From NCBI GenBank assembly GCA_951406725.2, contig OX597829.1:9114001-9178000 (forward strand): a DNA stretch of 64,000 bases. The letters are read 5' to 3'. A program made the position numbers and the translations under genes. Under the pieces are notes generated by a model that saw nothing but the letters and a program-made list of their open reading frames with translations, made no database searches and was not told the DNA's origin. This document shows positions 28,534 to 42,275 of the stretch, in pieces. How positions within the stretch are numbered: the first letter of the stretch is position 1; the number at the start of each line of letters is the position of its first letter. Origin of the DNA: Octopus vulgaris. Lineage: Eukaryota.

Positions 28534-29149
28534 TCCCTTCCTTTCACTTTCTCTCTATAACGTCGTTTGATAGCGTCTACTATCTTTCCTCCGTCGCCTT
28601 CAATATTTTTACGCTTTTAAACCCTTCGTTGTTATTCTCATTCACTCATTATTACTTTCGCTCTCCCCTCTCTCTCTATCTATGTATAGAGAGAAAGATT
28701 CTCATGATTGTGTGGTGGTGGCGATGATAAATCTCTCTATGAATGCAGACAGACGTAGAGAGAGAGTGACAGCGCTGGCGAAGGTAGCGGAGGAAAGATA
28801 GTAGACGCTATCAAACGACGTTATAGAGAGAAAGTGAAAAGAAGGGAGAAAGTAATAATGAGTGAATGAGAATAACGACAAAGGGTTTAAAAAGCATAAA
28901 AATATATTCTTTCTCAACTTACTCAAGATCTTTTGTTGTTTATAAATGGGAGAGAGAGAGAGAGAAAGATAGAGAGTAAGAGAAAGCGAGGGAGAGTCCG
29001 AGAGAAAAGAAGAGTAAGAGAGTGGGAAAGTGGGACAGAAAGGAGAGAGAAATAAAGAGGGAGAATGTGGTGATAAGAAACAGAAAGGAAGCAACAGAAA
29101 GTAACAACCACAACCTCACCCGCGCGTAGAGTGGGTCACCTTAAGCTAG
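28250..29149 (+). mobile_element. Non-autonomous Helitron-like element
   Basis: 5' end tatatattataattctgaaatgcgaaaagtttgtctg. 3' GC-rich hairpin (cccgcgcgtagagtggg) about 10 nt before CTAG|T. Confidence 0.6.
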
Positions 29150-29379
29150 TATATAATATATATGCATATATTCACTTACTCTTTTAGTCACTTTTGCTGA
29201 ACTGCTAAGTTACAGGGATATAAATACACAAGCACTGGTAGTCAAGTGTTGGTGGGGGACAAATATAAAGATGCACACACATGCACATATACACCCAGAC
29301 ACACACACACACATCAATAATGGCATTAGAAGTGCTTCTGATCTTGCCCTATGGTGTAATATTAGTGAGGTCAGGTCAT

Positions 29380-30610
29380 AACATGCTTTAAAACTAAGAG
29401 AAGTGGTAGAGCTAAGTTTGATTAATTCAATAAAGAAGACTTTTACCCATCTCTGTCAAGCGAGCTCCTTTTTAAGGCACTGGGTTTCACTAGCCCTACA
29501 CTGAAATTAACAAGAACATATGCATTATCATGCACACCAAAAGAACCCTACTCTTCAATAAGGGATTGGCCTGGACCAGACGAACTGACCCAGAAGGCTG
29601 CTTCAATATGGCCATGGGTGCTTTGTCCTAGATTTACTCAAAAAGCAGTTCCACTCCTCTAGCTTTGGTCTCTACAGGGATGACGCACTGGCAATATCAA
29701 AAGGGGCAAACAGCCACATGCTAGATAAGCTCAGAAAGGACCTTACCAGCACCATAAATTCCTTTGGACTCAAGGTCACAATAGAAACCCTGAAAATGGT
29801 GGATTTCTGTGACATGACCCTAGACTTTGAGGCCAGTGCATATAGACCCTTTAGGAAGCCAGATGAAAAGCTATCATATATTAGCACAGGTTCCTGTCAT
29901 CCAGCCATAGTTTTCAAGAACCTGGTAAGGGTATCACCAGAAGAATCTCAACCTATCTTCAAAGAGATTTTTCATTCCACCCCCACTCCCACCCCACCAT
30001 ACCACATTGAAGCTCTGGCTACCAGCAATTTCAAGGATAGAATAAGTTACACACCATACCCTAATTCCACCAAAAAAAAGCACCACCAGAGTGTGTTCTG
30101 GTTTGCACCATCTCTCTTGAAGTGTTAAAGCCTGATTAGGTAAGATTTTCCTTAGTTTATTAGACAAACACTTCCCTTGTACAAATAGGTTCAGTAAAAT
30201 ATTTAATAGGCACACTCTTTAACTGTGCATTTGATGTGAAAAAGATTTTAGTACGTAGGCCCACCCCTGAGACAGAGAGCGGGATGCTCATGTAGGGGCA
30301 GTGCAGCATGTCCACTGAATGGCCACTGTAATATGGAAACTGTTGTACACAAGACAGAGGTTACAACAATAGGTTGAAATGGGCAACCAAATGTGTGAAA
30401 GGAACAACTGAAGGCCCCTTCAGAACCTGCTATAATAACTACCAGTCCTCCTTCAAAATCCAAGTGATATAATGCCACAACCCTGACCAAGCTTGTATGG
30501 TTACTGGAAGAAAGTGCCACCAAGTACCGCATGAAGTGGAGGATTCTAGAGAAATATAAAGCTCACTTCAATAGCAGCAGGAAGTACAGATTATGAGTGA
30601 CTGAGAAAAA
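29380..30610 (+). mobile_element. Penelope-like (Neptune-type) RT and GIY-YIG relic
   Basis: GLYRDDALA, VDFCDMTLD, YRPFRKP, SCHP, VFWFAP, CSCRGSAACPLNGHC and MKWRILE. Confidence 0.85.
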
Positions 30611-31008
30611 AATTTGTTAATAATTCATTGCCTTAATGCCTTCTATGTAGCCTGAGTAGTTAGTCACATGTGCCAAATACATACATATATGTACACACAC
30701 AAACACACACACACACATTTATATAGTGATCTAATTCAGTGTGGGCTATGTTGATATGTATATATGTATATATGAAGGCGCCGTTATGTTCTGAGTTCAA
30801 ATTCCGCCGAGGTCGACTTTGCTTTTCATCCTTTCGGGGTTGATAAATTAAGTACTGGTTACGCACTGGGGTCGATGTAATCGACTTAATTCCTTTGTCT
30901 GTCCTTGTTTGTCCCCTCTATGTTTAGCCCCTTGTGGGTAATAAAGAAATAGATATGTATATATGTATATCTAAGCATGTAGATCATGTAGACAGTGTTT
31001 GAACATAC

Positions 31009-31179
31009 TTCGATAACCTCCTTGACAAATTTCGGTCTATCATTTTCCTTGCTTGATATTGTTCCGTAGACTTCGTAGCAGTCGTCTTTTGTAGGTTGCA
31101 TGTCACGTTCTGCTTCTTCATCAGCCATTTCTTCATCTTCTTCATCCAATGTTGCTCCCACCTGGCAGGTAGACAGGTA
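31009..31179 (-). CDS. AK7: Adenylate kinase 7, exon 2
   Basis: ttctattacag acceptor, 171 nt, YLSTCQVGATLDEEDEEMADEEAERDMQPTKDDCYEVYGTISSKENDRPKFVKEVIE, GTATGT donor. Matches AK7 'FLSNCVVGASLEE..acidic..VGTLSK..RPDF'. Confidence 0.9.
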
Positions 31180-31313
31180 CTGTAATAGAAAAAGGAAGCA
31201 TGTTTACAATGAATAACAGAGAGCAGTTTCTGTAATTTAGTCTATTCTAGTAACAATGACTTCTGAGACCAACTTTATTCATGGGCAATTTCTAAGAAGG
31301 TCTCATATACTGG

Positions 31314-31470
31314 TATGGCTGCATGGTAAGAAGCTTGCTTCCCAACCACATGGTTCTAGGTTCAGTCCCACTGCACGGCACCTTGGGCAAGTATCTTCTA
31401 CTGTAGCCTTGGGCTGACCAAAACCCTGTGAGTGGATTTGGTACAAGGAAACTGAAAGAAGCCCATCATA
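31314..31470 (+). mobile_element. tRNA-derived SINE family B (CORE-like)
   Basis: tggctgcatggtaag..ggttcagtccc..ccttgggcaagt. Other copies near 2680(-), 37470(-), 42320(-), 46415(-), 60560(+) and 62903(+). Confidence 0.75.
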
Positions 31471-32752
31471 TATATACACAGCAAAAAGAAAATGGAGAGG
31501 ATACAAAAATGACATAAATCAGCATGTAGACATTCTGTTATGTCTATTTATTCCAAAACAAAAGGGAGTATTATAAGAATATACATACAAAGACTGTGTG
31601 CTACACAAATATATACTAGTAATACATAAAAGAGTAAAAGATTAAAAGATCAGTTCCTTACGGCTGTTTCAGCCAAGAGGCAATGATATCTTCCATGCTA
31701 TCTCCATCTCTTCAGTGTTCTGTAGGGATGGGTAGATAGAGTTTGGACGTATGTATGTATGTATGAATGTATGTATGTATGTATGTATGCATGTATGTAT
31801 GTACGTATGTGTGTGTGTGTGTCTATACCGATTAAATAAGTACTAGGCTTACAAAGAGTAAGTCCTGGGGTCTATTTGTTCGACTAAATGGGGATGCTCC
31901 AGCATGGCTGCAATCAAATTACTGAAACGTGTAAAAGAGTAAAAGAGTATATGTGTGACCTGGCTAATTTGACCATATCAAAATGTCTTTGTTTTAATCT
32001 TATTACTATGACACATATGTGCAAGCAGCCATGCTACACGGCAGTGAAACATGTGTAAGCTTGAAGACATGGGATGAGGTGAGTCAATGACAAGTCTTCC
32101 CCAAATCATATTTTACTAATTTAAAGAAAGAAAATACATATTTTTTTCTACTTTAGGTACAAGATCTGAAATTTTGGGGGAGGGTCCAGTCAATTAGATC
32201 AACCCCAGTATGTAACTGGTACTTAATTTATTGAACCCGAAAGGATTAAAGTCAAAGTCAATTTCAGTGGAGTTTGAACTCAAAATACTGCTAAGCATTG
32301 CACCCAGCATGCTAACGTTTCTGCCAGCTCGGCTGAATAAATTTGTATATACTCTGTGTCTGAATAACAGTTAGAGTGTCATGGATAGAACATCCTTGAT
32401 GTTGCTTGATTAGGGTTGATTGTGAGGTTAATTAACAATAACATAATTAACTTTTTTTTAATCTAAGATAACTGTGCAGTAAGACATCCACTGTAGCAGT
32501 GACTAATATTAGAATATTTAGAGACACGAGGTCACATTAAGATGGTTGCATCACAATGTGACTAACAATACAATGTTTACCAAAACTAGATCATACTAAG
32601 ATAGTAACATCAACAATATGAGTAACATAAGGAATTTTACTAAAATCACCATAAGATGTTTTCTATAATACTATGACTAATACTAGAATGTTTGCCAAAA
32701 CTGGGTCACACTAAATGGGTCACAGTAGCAATTTATACTAAAAGAACACATA

Positions 32753-33069
32753 GGAGTACTCCGTCGGTTACGACGATGAGGGTTCCAGTTGATCTGATCA
32801 ACGGAACAGCCTGTTCGTGAAATTAACGTGTAATTGGCTGAGCAATCCACGTGTACCCTTGGCGTAGGTCTCAGGGAGATTCAGTGTGACACAGAATGTG
32901 ACAAGGCTGGTCCTTTTGAAATGCAAGTTCAACTCATTTTTGCCAGCTGAGTGGACTGGAGCAATGTGAAATAAAGTGTCTTGCTCAAGGACACATGTTG
33001 CCAGGAATTGAACTCATAACTTTACAATTGGGAGCCAAATGTCCTAACCTCTAAGCCACATGCCTTCAC
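32753..33069 (-). mobile_element. SINE family C with a 13-bp TSD
   Basis: Flanked by aaaagaacacata at 32740-32752 and 33070-33082. tRNA-like head (GAGTTCAATTCC) and gtgtccttgagcaagacact core on the minus strand. Confidence 0.85.
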
Positions 33070-33103
33070 AAAAGAACACATACTAGAAGGAGACTCGCAA
33101 CAT

Positions 33104-33331
33104 ATATGTATGTATGCATGTATGTATGTATGTATGTATGTATGTATGTATGTATGTATGTATGTATGTATGTATGTATGTGTGTGTATGTATGTATGTA
33201 TGTATGTGTGTGTATGTATGTATGTATTTATGTATGTAAGTATGTATGTATGTATGTATATGTGTATATGTATGTATGTAATGTATGTATGTATGTATGT
33301 ATGTATGTATGTATGTATGTATGTATGTATG

Positions 33332-33362
<31 letters not shown>

Positions 33363-33540
33363 TGTATGTAATGTATGTATGTAATGTATGTATGTATGTA
33401 TGTATGTATGTGTATGTATGTATGTATGTATGTAGGTATGTATGTGTGTGTATGTATGTATGTATATATGCATGTATGTATATATGTATGTATGTAGGTA
33501 TGTATGAATGTACGAATGTATGTATGGAGGTATGTATGTA
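33104..33540. repeat. (TATG)n microsatellite
   Basis: Direct reading. Similar tracts occur at 45140, 46080-46400 and 49510. Confidence 0.97.
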
Positions 33541-34545
33541 TCATCATCATCATCATCATTATTGTTTAACATGCATTTTCCAAGCTGGCATGGGTTGGAC
33601 GGTTTGACAGGGGAATGGCAAGGCAGTCAGGTGGCACTGGCATTGGCTCACACATGAATGGTGCTTATTGCGTGCCACCAGCACAGGAGCCAGTCAGGTG
33701 GCACTGGCATCAGCAACAACTACAATTTCCATTTTTGATTTCGATTTGATTGAGATTCTGATTTTGATTTCACTTGACTTATTAAGTCTCTCCAAGCACA
33801 GCATGTTGCCTGACGATTCAAATGTACTTTTAAAATGGGCTGGTCATGTGACACTGGTATAGGCTATGGCTGCGATTTCACTTTACTTGCCAGGTTTTCT
33901 CCATTACAACATGTCTCCAGAGGTCTTGGTCTCTTGTCATTGCCTCACCTCATCCCATGTCTTCCTGGGTCTCCCACTTCCATGGGTTCCTTCCACTGTT
34001 AGGGAATGACACGTCTTCACACAGCTCTCATTGTGCACACTGACATTACACATCCAGCAGAGCATACTAGCTTCATTTCTTTCAAGCTTACGCATGTCCT
34101 CAGTAGTCACAGCCCATGTTTCACTGCCGTGTACCATGGCTGCTTGCAAATATGTGTTATACAGTCTCCGTTTCACACTAAGCAAGTGGCTCTTTGTTAT
34201 CAGCAGAGGTAGGAGCTTTCTGAACTTTGCCCAGCTTATTCTTGTTCTAGTAGCAATGCTTTCAGAGCATCCACCCCTCCACTTCAGAATTGGTCACCTA
34301 GGTAGCAAAAGCTATTAACTATTTCTGGTTTCTTCCCCTGACATGTGATAGAGTCTGCTTTCTGAGCATCTTTTTGGTGTTTATTGCCCTTGTGCATCTG
34401 CCGCACACAAAAACTATCATCCCAGCTAACCTTCCTTTGATGATGCTGCACTTCTTATGCGTTCATGGGTACATCTTATAGAGTTTCTACCTACACCATT
34501 TCTATAGATCGAGCAGGGCCATCTACCATGTGTGATTTGTTCGCC
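33540..34545 (-). mobile_element. RTE LINE 3' fragment (same family as 21-24 kb)
   Basis: HGSETWAVTTEDMRKLERNEASML and GRPRKTWDEV, with clear nucleotide similarity to 21700-22500. Confidence 0.85.
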
Positions 34546-35689
34546 TTCCTACTTATATATGTGTGAGTGTGTGTGTGTGTGTATGTGCATACACATGTAT
34601 GTATAATGGTACACATACACATACACACATATATGTATATACATATGAGAGAGAGAAAGTGAGTGAGAGAGAGGGTGGTGAAGAGGCAGACAGACCCAAC
34701 CAGAGGCCTTCTCTCTTATGTAGTTCATTAGTCTTGCTTTAGAGAAGTTCCATAATAGCGCTGCTCTGCACCTGGGCAAATTCTTCAACAATGTCTGGCA
34801 TGTAAATTCTCACAGACAGCCTCTACTCATTTCTCATATCAGTAACTTTAGATCAAATCACACCATCACATCATGAGTAACAAGACCATTTCTGCTCCAT
34901 CCTAGTATAGCGTAGACTAGAGTTCAATTTTGTTCCTGGACTCAACCACCTCTTCTTCTTCTTCATTAGTATTTATATTCTATTTTGCACTTTAATTCTT
35001 TAGCATTTAAACTGACCACACCCGGCCCAAATATTCTACGTTTCATGTCCTAACTGGCCAGATGTGACCTCTCACACCTCCCCTACAATGTTATTAAAAA
35101 AATATACAATCATATCATTGAAATATTTAAATTACGAGATGACGCAGGAGTTAATTGAAAATAACACGAGTTAAAGAGTTTTACATTTAAGAGAATAATC
35201 TGAACACTGAACATTTAAAGGTTAAATTGTTTATTAATTTGGAAGTACACTTATACTACTATGCTACAGTATACACTTATCACCATTTAGATTTAGATTA
35301 TGTAGATCTAGATTATTTCCACACATGATGTTGATTTTACCTCTTAGTTGGAGAAAGAAAGCAAAAATATAGAAGTAAATGCCAGAAATGCTCAGAGAGA
35401 AGGGGAGATAATTTCAAGAAATTTGAAAACAGTTTCAGGTAAAATAAAATTTACAAGCTTAGGGAGTAAGCCATCTGTTTGTGTAAGCAAGCAAGGTGAC
35501 AGCTATTATATATGTTTCAGTTTTATCAAACCTTATCATGTTATCACTTTCTATTCAAGCAATCTTTTATTAGTTGATAAATCTGTTTGTAAGTAGAAAA
35601 ACTGGTAATGGAGATTTAGAGCAGTATAATTTGCATAAGTGAACCTATCGAAATAACTCAAACAGAAAGTACACTGTAATGTTTTAGCC

Positions 35690-35725
<36 letters not shown>

Positions 35726-35782
35726 TAATAATAATAATAATGATAATAATAATGATGATGATTATGATGATGATGGTGATAA

Positions 35783-35814
<32 letters not shown>

Positions 35815-35838
35815 ATAATAATAATAATAATAATAATG

Positions 35839-35896
<58 letters not shown>

Positions 35897-35898
35897 TG

Positions 35899-35994
<96 letters not shown>

Positions 35995-36066
35995 GTAATA
36001 ATAATAATGATAATAATAATAATAATAATGATAATAATAATGATGATGATGATGATGATGATGATG

Positions 36067-36130
<64 letters not shown>

Positions 36131-36132
36131 TA

Positions 36133-36167
<35 letters not shown>

Positions 36168-36180
36168 AATAATAATAATG

Positions 36181-36223
<43 letters not shown>

Positions 36224-36282
36224 TAATAATGATGATGATGATGATGATAATGATGATGATGATGATAATAATAATAATAATG

Positions 36283-36337
<55 letters not shown>

Positions 36338-36411
36338 TAATAATAATAATAATAGTAATAATAATAATGATAATAATAATAATAATAATGATAATTATAA
36401 TAATAATAATA
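35690..36411. repeat. (AAT)n/(GAT)n microsatellite, about 720 bp
   Basis: Direct reading. Confidence 0.98.
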
Positions 36412-36968
36412 AATGCCCTGATGCAGTACCAGGCAGTGGCTCTCATGGCTTCTGATCTTAACTGATTGGAAGTGTTATCATGTACATTGTTTTGTCTTGG
36501 TATAAAAGATGGGCTACAGCAAATATTCTGCTCAATACCACAGATTTGCTTGTCAGTTGTTTGACCTTAACCTGTTGAGCATGTACCTTAGTGGCTGACG
36601 ATATGTGCATCTCTGATCACGAGCAGAAGTAGTGGGGGAGCATCATAGCCATGTGTTGAGAGGAATTCTTTGGGGTTTGAATAATTCACCTCTGGAAACA
36701 TGGGTGTTTCGTTCAACATCCTTAAGCAACTCTTATTCAGGGACCTTTTGAGCGGGATGGGCTACTCAACCTGAAGAAAATTCTAACTGGGCCCTACCTG
36801 CAAAGTCATGTGCAGTATATCTTGATATGAGATCACCATGTCGCGCACATATGGTTGTGATGCATGTGCCTGGTGTACCCTTATGAGACGGGTAGTCATG
36901 ATGGGTATATTGGGCTTCGTATATTTTACCCCAGTGTCACTTTGATGGCATGCACTGCTCTCTCACTC
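36412..36968. mobile_element. About 550-bp non-coding interspersed element embedded in (AAT)n, copy 1
   Basis: Highly similar along its length to 59364-59910. Both copies have AAT tracts on both sides. Confidence 0.85.
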
Positions 36969-37012
<44 letters not shown>

Positions 37013-37705
37013 TGATAATTATAATAATAATAATAATGATAATAATAATGATAATAATAATAATGATAATAATGATGATAATAATAATAATAATAACAAT
37101 GACAATAATAACGATAATGATAATAATAATCTTTTCTACTAAAGGCACAAGGCCTGAAATTTTGTGGAAGGGGACTAGTCAATTACATCGACCCCAGTAT
37201 TTCACTGGTACTTAATTTATCAACCCCGGAAGAATGAAAGGCAAAATCAACCTGGATGGAATTTGAACTCAGAACATAAAGACAGACGAAATGCTGCAGC
37301 AAAGTGATTCGCCTAGCGTGCTAACGATTCTGCCAGAATAATAATAGAAAAAACAACAACAATAAAAATAATAAGGAACAACCGAAGCTCAGTTACCTGG
37401 ATGTAAACATCGGTTGTCAAGCGACGGCAGGGGGGGGGGGAGGAACAGACACACACATAAGTATACGACGAGCTTCTTTCAGTTTCAGTCTATCTTAATC
37501 CACTAAAAAGGCTGTAAGTAGTAGTAGACACTTGCCCAAGGTGTCGCACAGTGGGACTAAATCAGGAACCTTTATGGTTGGAAAGCAAGCTGCTTACCAC
37601 ACAGTCATATCTATACGTTTATATGCATGTATGTATATATATATATATATGCACTTCGCTTTCACGCTGCCCTGTGTGTGTGTGCGTGCGCGCACGTTTC
37701 AGAGT

Positions 37706-38068
<363 letters not shown>

Positions 38069-38568
38069 GCATGTAAGAAAAATAAGAAGAAAAAAAGACG
38101 AAAGCACCTTAAATTACTCTTTTAGCCAGTCTAAAGATACAGTCTAAAATAATTTATTCCGTAAAATAGTGTGGAAACCTTTTCTATATAATACACTGCT
38201 TGACGGGTGGATGCTTTGTGCGCACGAGTGTAAGAGCAATAAAATATACACCCTGTGGTAGAAACGTGGTCGCTTCTTAATCTTCCCCCGGACATGCTAA
38301 CACATCAGCCAAATTCCTTTTTTGCTTCTTATCATACACGTTTCCGACTTTAAAGGACACCTTGGACATTAAATGACAATGAATACAATACGGTGCTGAT
38401 CTGGTTCTAAACAACAATAATAACAACGAGAGAATCAACAGGTCGTTTCCTTTCACTCGCTAATGCGGGAAATCAGTTTCAATCTCGGACGTTGACGGGA
38501 GTCACAAATAGAAAAACACACACACATACACACACGCTATACACACACCAGTGAAAGATAATGCTTAC

Positions 38569-38646
38569 TTCTGCTATATTCCAACCATTGAAAAGGTCAA
38601 CATTGTTAATAAAAATTGTCTTAGGTGTTCTTTCAATGTTTGCCAT
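38569..38646 (-). CDS. AK7: Adenylate kinase 7, coding exon 1
   Basis: ATG at 38646 gives MANIERTPKTIFINNVDLFNGWNIAE, then a GTAAGC donor (phase 0). Resembles the AK7 N-terminal 'VFIN.lDsy...NIGK' segment and splices in frame to exon 2. Confidence 0.85.
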
Positions 38647-38672
38647 GTTGTCCTTCGGTAGCGTGTCAGCAA

Positions 38673-38685
38673 GTTGCCTAGCAAC
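38673..38685. promoter_or_regulatory. RFX-binding X-box in the AK7 promoter/5' UTR
   Basis: GTTGCCTAGCAAC, a 13-bp near-palindrome fitting the X-box consensus, 27-39 bp upstream of the AK7 ATG. AK7 is a cilia/flagella gene. Confidence 0.75.
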
Positions 38686-39699
38686 AAAATTCTTTGATCG
38701 AAGGGAGATAACTTTGTTATACGAAGTGAAAATGATTTTATTTCAATGAATGAGTTTTAATAATAATTGACGATTCGTTTTGTTTCTTTTTTTTCCCCCT
38801 TTCTTTTTTCATTTTCGCCTTAATTCTTCTTGTTCATGTGATTCAGGTAATTGATTTGGTAAAATATATTAGTGGTAACTATTTTCCGCAAATCTGAAGG
38901 AATTTTAACTCAGCCGTTTGATGCGTAGTTTTGTTACACAGAAGACAAACTGAATACAACAACAGCAACCACAATAACAATAACAACCAACCAACAAAAT
39001 CTGCCTCAAATCTCGCAGTATCGTTTAAGAAAAAGGAAGGCACAAAAGATAATGTCGATCATAGATGTATTAAACTATGACCAACGGTCGTGCTGAGGTT
39101 GAACAACAATAAACAATACTTTCTATGTGCCCAAGGCCTGAAACTTTGGTAGTAGGGGACTGGTCGATTGCATCGACCCCACCCCTGTGCTCAACTAGTA
39201 CTTATTTCATCGACCCTGGCGGAGTTTCAACTCAGAACGTAAAGACGGACGAAATGTCACTTAGCATTTTGCCTGCTGCGCTAACGATTCTGCCCGCTCA
39301 CCAGCTTAAAACAACAACAGTTACAACAACAAAGCACTACATACGATAATGGACGAAAAGGGAGTTTTCGTTAGATTTACAAAGAATTTTTTTTTTTAAA
39401 TCACACAAATATTCTTCAAGCTACACCTTAGCATTATTTTTAAAGGCAGAATATTGGATAAAACAGTTCGAGCTACGCTATACCTCAATTAATTAATTAA
39501 ATGAATAAACAGTTAAAATAAATGAATATTTAAATTAAAAAAATATTTAGATAAATGTCCCCTGCTTGGTTACAATATTTGGGTTGAAAAACGCATAAAA
39601 GAATAGAAAATGATTAATTTAATAAATATTATTATGCGAGTGTCATGGTTGGAAGATTGTTTGACAGTAGTTCTGCTAGGTCAACTTGTTCTAATCATA

Positions 39700-39996
39700 G
39701 GAGCACTCCGTCGATCAACGGAACAGTTTGCTCGTGAAATTAACGTGCAAGTGAGTGAGCACTCCACAGACACGTGTACCCCTAACGTAGTTCTCAAGGA
39801 GATTCAGCGTGACACAGAGTGTGACAAGACTAGCCCTTTTGAAATACAGGTACAACACATTTTTGCCAACTGAGTGGACTGGAGCAACGTGAAAATAAAG
39901 TGTCTTTCTCAAGGACACAACGCGTCGCCGGGAATTGAACTCACGACCTTACGATCGTGAGCCGAATGCCTTAACCACTTAGCCACGCGCCTTCAC
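39700..39996 (-). mobile_element. SINE family C
   Basis: Colinear with 32753-33069, with an imperfect TSD tctaatcata/tctaaccata. Confidence 0.8.
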
Positions 39997-40054
39997 GATC
40001 TAACCATAACCGCAGCAATACATCTGCTAATATATAATAGGTAAGCGTTATCAA

Positions 40055-40281
40055 GACGGCGAGCTGGCAGAAACGTTAATACGCCGGGCGAAATGCTCAG
40101 CAGTATTTCGTCTGTCGCTACGTTCTGAGTTCAAATTCCGCCGAGGTCGACTTTGCCTTTCATCCTTTCGGGGTCGATTAAATAAGTACCAGTTACGCAC
40201 TGGGGTCGATGTAATCGACTTAATCCGTTTGTCTGTCCTCTCTGTGTTTAGCTCCTTGTGGGTAGTAAAGAAATAGGTATT
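40055..40281 (+). mobile_element. SINE family A
   Basis: Close match to the reverse complement of 6271-6500. Confidence 0.85.
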
Positions 40282-42275
40282 TCTTCTGTGTGTTTGGATT
40301 TAGTGGTAATTATTATTGGAGGGCGTCCGTATAGTAAGTGCAAGTTTCTATTGACTGTTTTTGAATTATTTCCTGTTATAATTATTTGTGTGATAGTCTT
40401 CGTTGGAAAACCATCGTGTTTTCCCCTGTGGGGGAAACATTAATTGCTGGCAAGATGCCGAAAAGTGCATCTTCGTCTGGCGAAGAGTCGTCAACCGACA
40501 GGGAGGCAAAAAAGATTGAAAGTTTAATATTTGGCGATATTTCTGATTCTTCTGAAAGTGAATTTCCGCAACCATCAATGTGTACTGTTGCAAAGAGGAA
40601 TATTGACGTGAAAAGCCTTCAAACATGAAAATATACAAAAAATTACGTTTTGCGTCGGCGGCTGGAGGTGGAACCCGTCAGCTGTCGACAAACAAAAATG
40701 ATCTGATAGTACAAAGATATGATAACAATTGTAGACGGTGTTGTGAAAGTTCAATCCCCGGAAGAACTATTAATGTTAGAAAAAAGAAAAACAATTATTT
40801 TAAAATCTTACTGTCTGAAAGGGAAAAAAAAATTGATCGAGTGAGCGAAGAGAAAGTTGAGAAGTGCTTGAAACCTATCTGGCAGGATATTACATACCTA
40901 GCCAGAGGGAAGAAGGGCCAATCACGCATGTGGAAGTGATGGAGGCTATGGCCGACTGTAAAGCGGGTAAGTCGCCGGGACTTGGTCTTCCGTACGAGCT
41001 GTATAAATGTATGCCAGACTTGTTCTGGCACCTACTGGCTGACGTGTACGCGAACTGGCAACAGAATGGGTTTAACCAGGAAAAGTCGGTCGACTTGCAG
41101 CACGGCACCTGGGTTGGCAAATCGATGCCTTCAGACAGCGTTTGGGGCGCTGGACAGAGGGACCGGTTAACTTGCTGGGAGTCTGGTTTGGACCAGGCCT
41201 CCAGATAGAGAAGAACTGGACGGAGGTTTCGAGCAGGGTAGCTGCAGTAGTCAACACCTGGTGTTGGTGGTGGCTATCTCTGAAAAGGAGGGCGGAGGTG
41301 GCCAATGTGTTTATTGCATCGGTCATTACCTACCGCCTGACCGTCGTGCCCTGTCCGGATTCGTGGTTGATCAGGTTGGAGAGACAGCTCTTTCGCTTTT
41401 CGTGGAAAGGCAGGTCGCCACTTGTGAAACGCTCTGTCTGTTGTCAAAAGCCGTTAAAGGGAGGTTTAGTGATGCCTTGGTTAATGATGCGCAGGCATGC
41501 GTTGAGGTTGGGGCATCTCTGGATTCTCCTGGATAGTGAACGGGTGTGGTCTCCGCTGGCCAGACAAATGTTCCCCGAGTTCAAAAGTTTTTGCGAACAA
41601 GAAGCCTGGTGTTTTCGTAGACCGAGGTCGAGTGAATGACATAAAGAGTTCCGTAAGGCCCATCTGCTATTCCAGCGCTCGGGCAATACCAGCGGTGGGA
41701 GCTCTACACGAATTTTATATAGTGGGTTGGTAGGGTCTGAATGTGACGATGGCCTGGGGGTGACTCTAGGTCTCGGTCTCGGGTATATTCATCTGGACAG
41801 CCTGTTCCATCGTACATTCGGGTTGAGAACGTTGGACAACTTCCAAAAGTCCTTGACCTGGCAATGTTACAGAGGTACCTTGCTCGTTTGGGATAAACTC
41901 GCAACGTCAGTCTCCGACCTGTCCAAGATGCCGGGGAGACAGGGAAACTGTCCCTCACGCTATTGTTCAGGGTCTGGAGATATCTGAAATGTGGGCTTAT
42001 GCTGAACACCTGTTGTCCGGCGAAGGAAGAGTACAGCTGTCGACTGAGTCAATTGTAAAAATTGACTCACCAGAAGTTTTAACAAACGAAGGTAAGAATT
42101 GTTTTCTCACGGTTGTAGCAATAGCAAAAGAGGCAGTATGAAAGACTAGGATAAAAGGAATTAAGACAGGAAACTTTATCTCCGGCCACAATTTACAATC
42201 ACTTTTTCCTTTTCATTTGAAAAGGAAGTTGTGGTTGGAGAAGAGATGTCTGTCGGAGAGTATGTTCAAAAGGAA
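40282..42275 (+). mobile_element. Tx1/L1-clade LINE, internally deleted
   Basis: GKSPGLGLPYELY (KSPG.DGL..EFY motif), LLGVWFG, WLSLKRRAEVAN.FIAS, FRFSWKG and KGGL.MP. The RT catalytic core is absent between about 41080 and 41140. Confidence 0.85.

Noticed and set aside
30886-31161. 91-aa acidic ORF as a single-exon gene
   Set aside because: It is AK7 exon 2 read through into intron and SINE sequence.
31650-31730. Complete hammerhead (CTGAAGA..GAAACAGCCGTA on the minus strand)
   Set aside because: Stems I and II do not pair convincingly. It is kept only as a partial relic.
33083-33607. [16 protein letters not shown] repeat ORFs here and across the window
   Set aside because: Di- and tetranucleotide microsatellite artefacts.
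36412-36520. HDV-like ribozyme at the end of the AAT-embedded element
   Set aside because: I could not build the P1/P2/P3 pairing on either strand.
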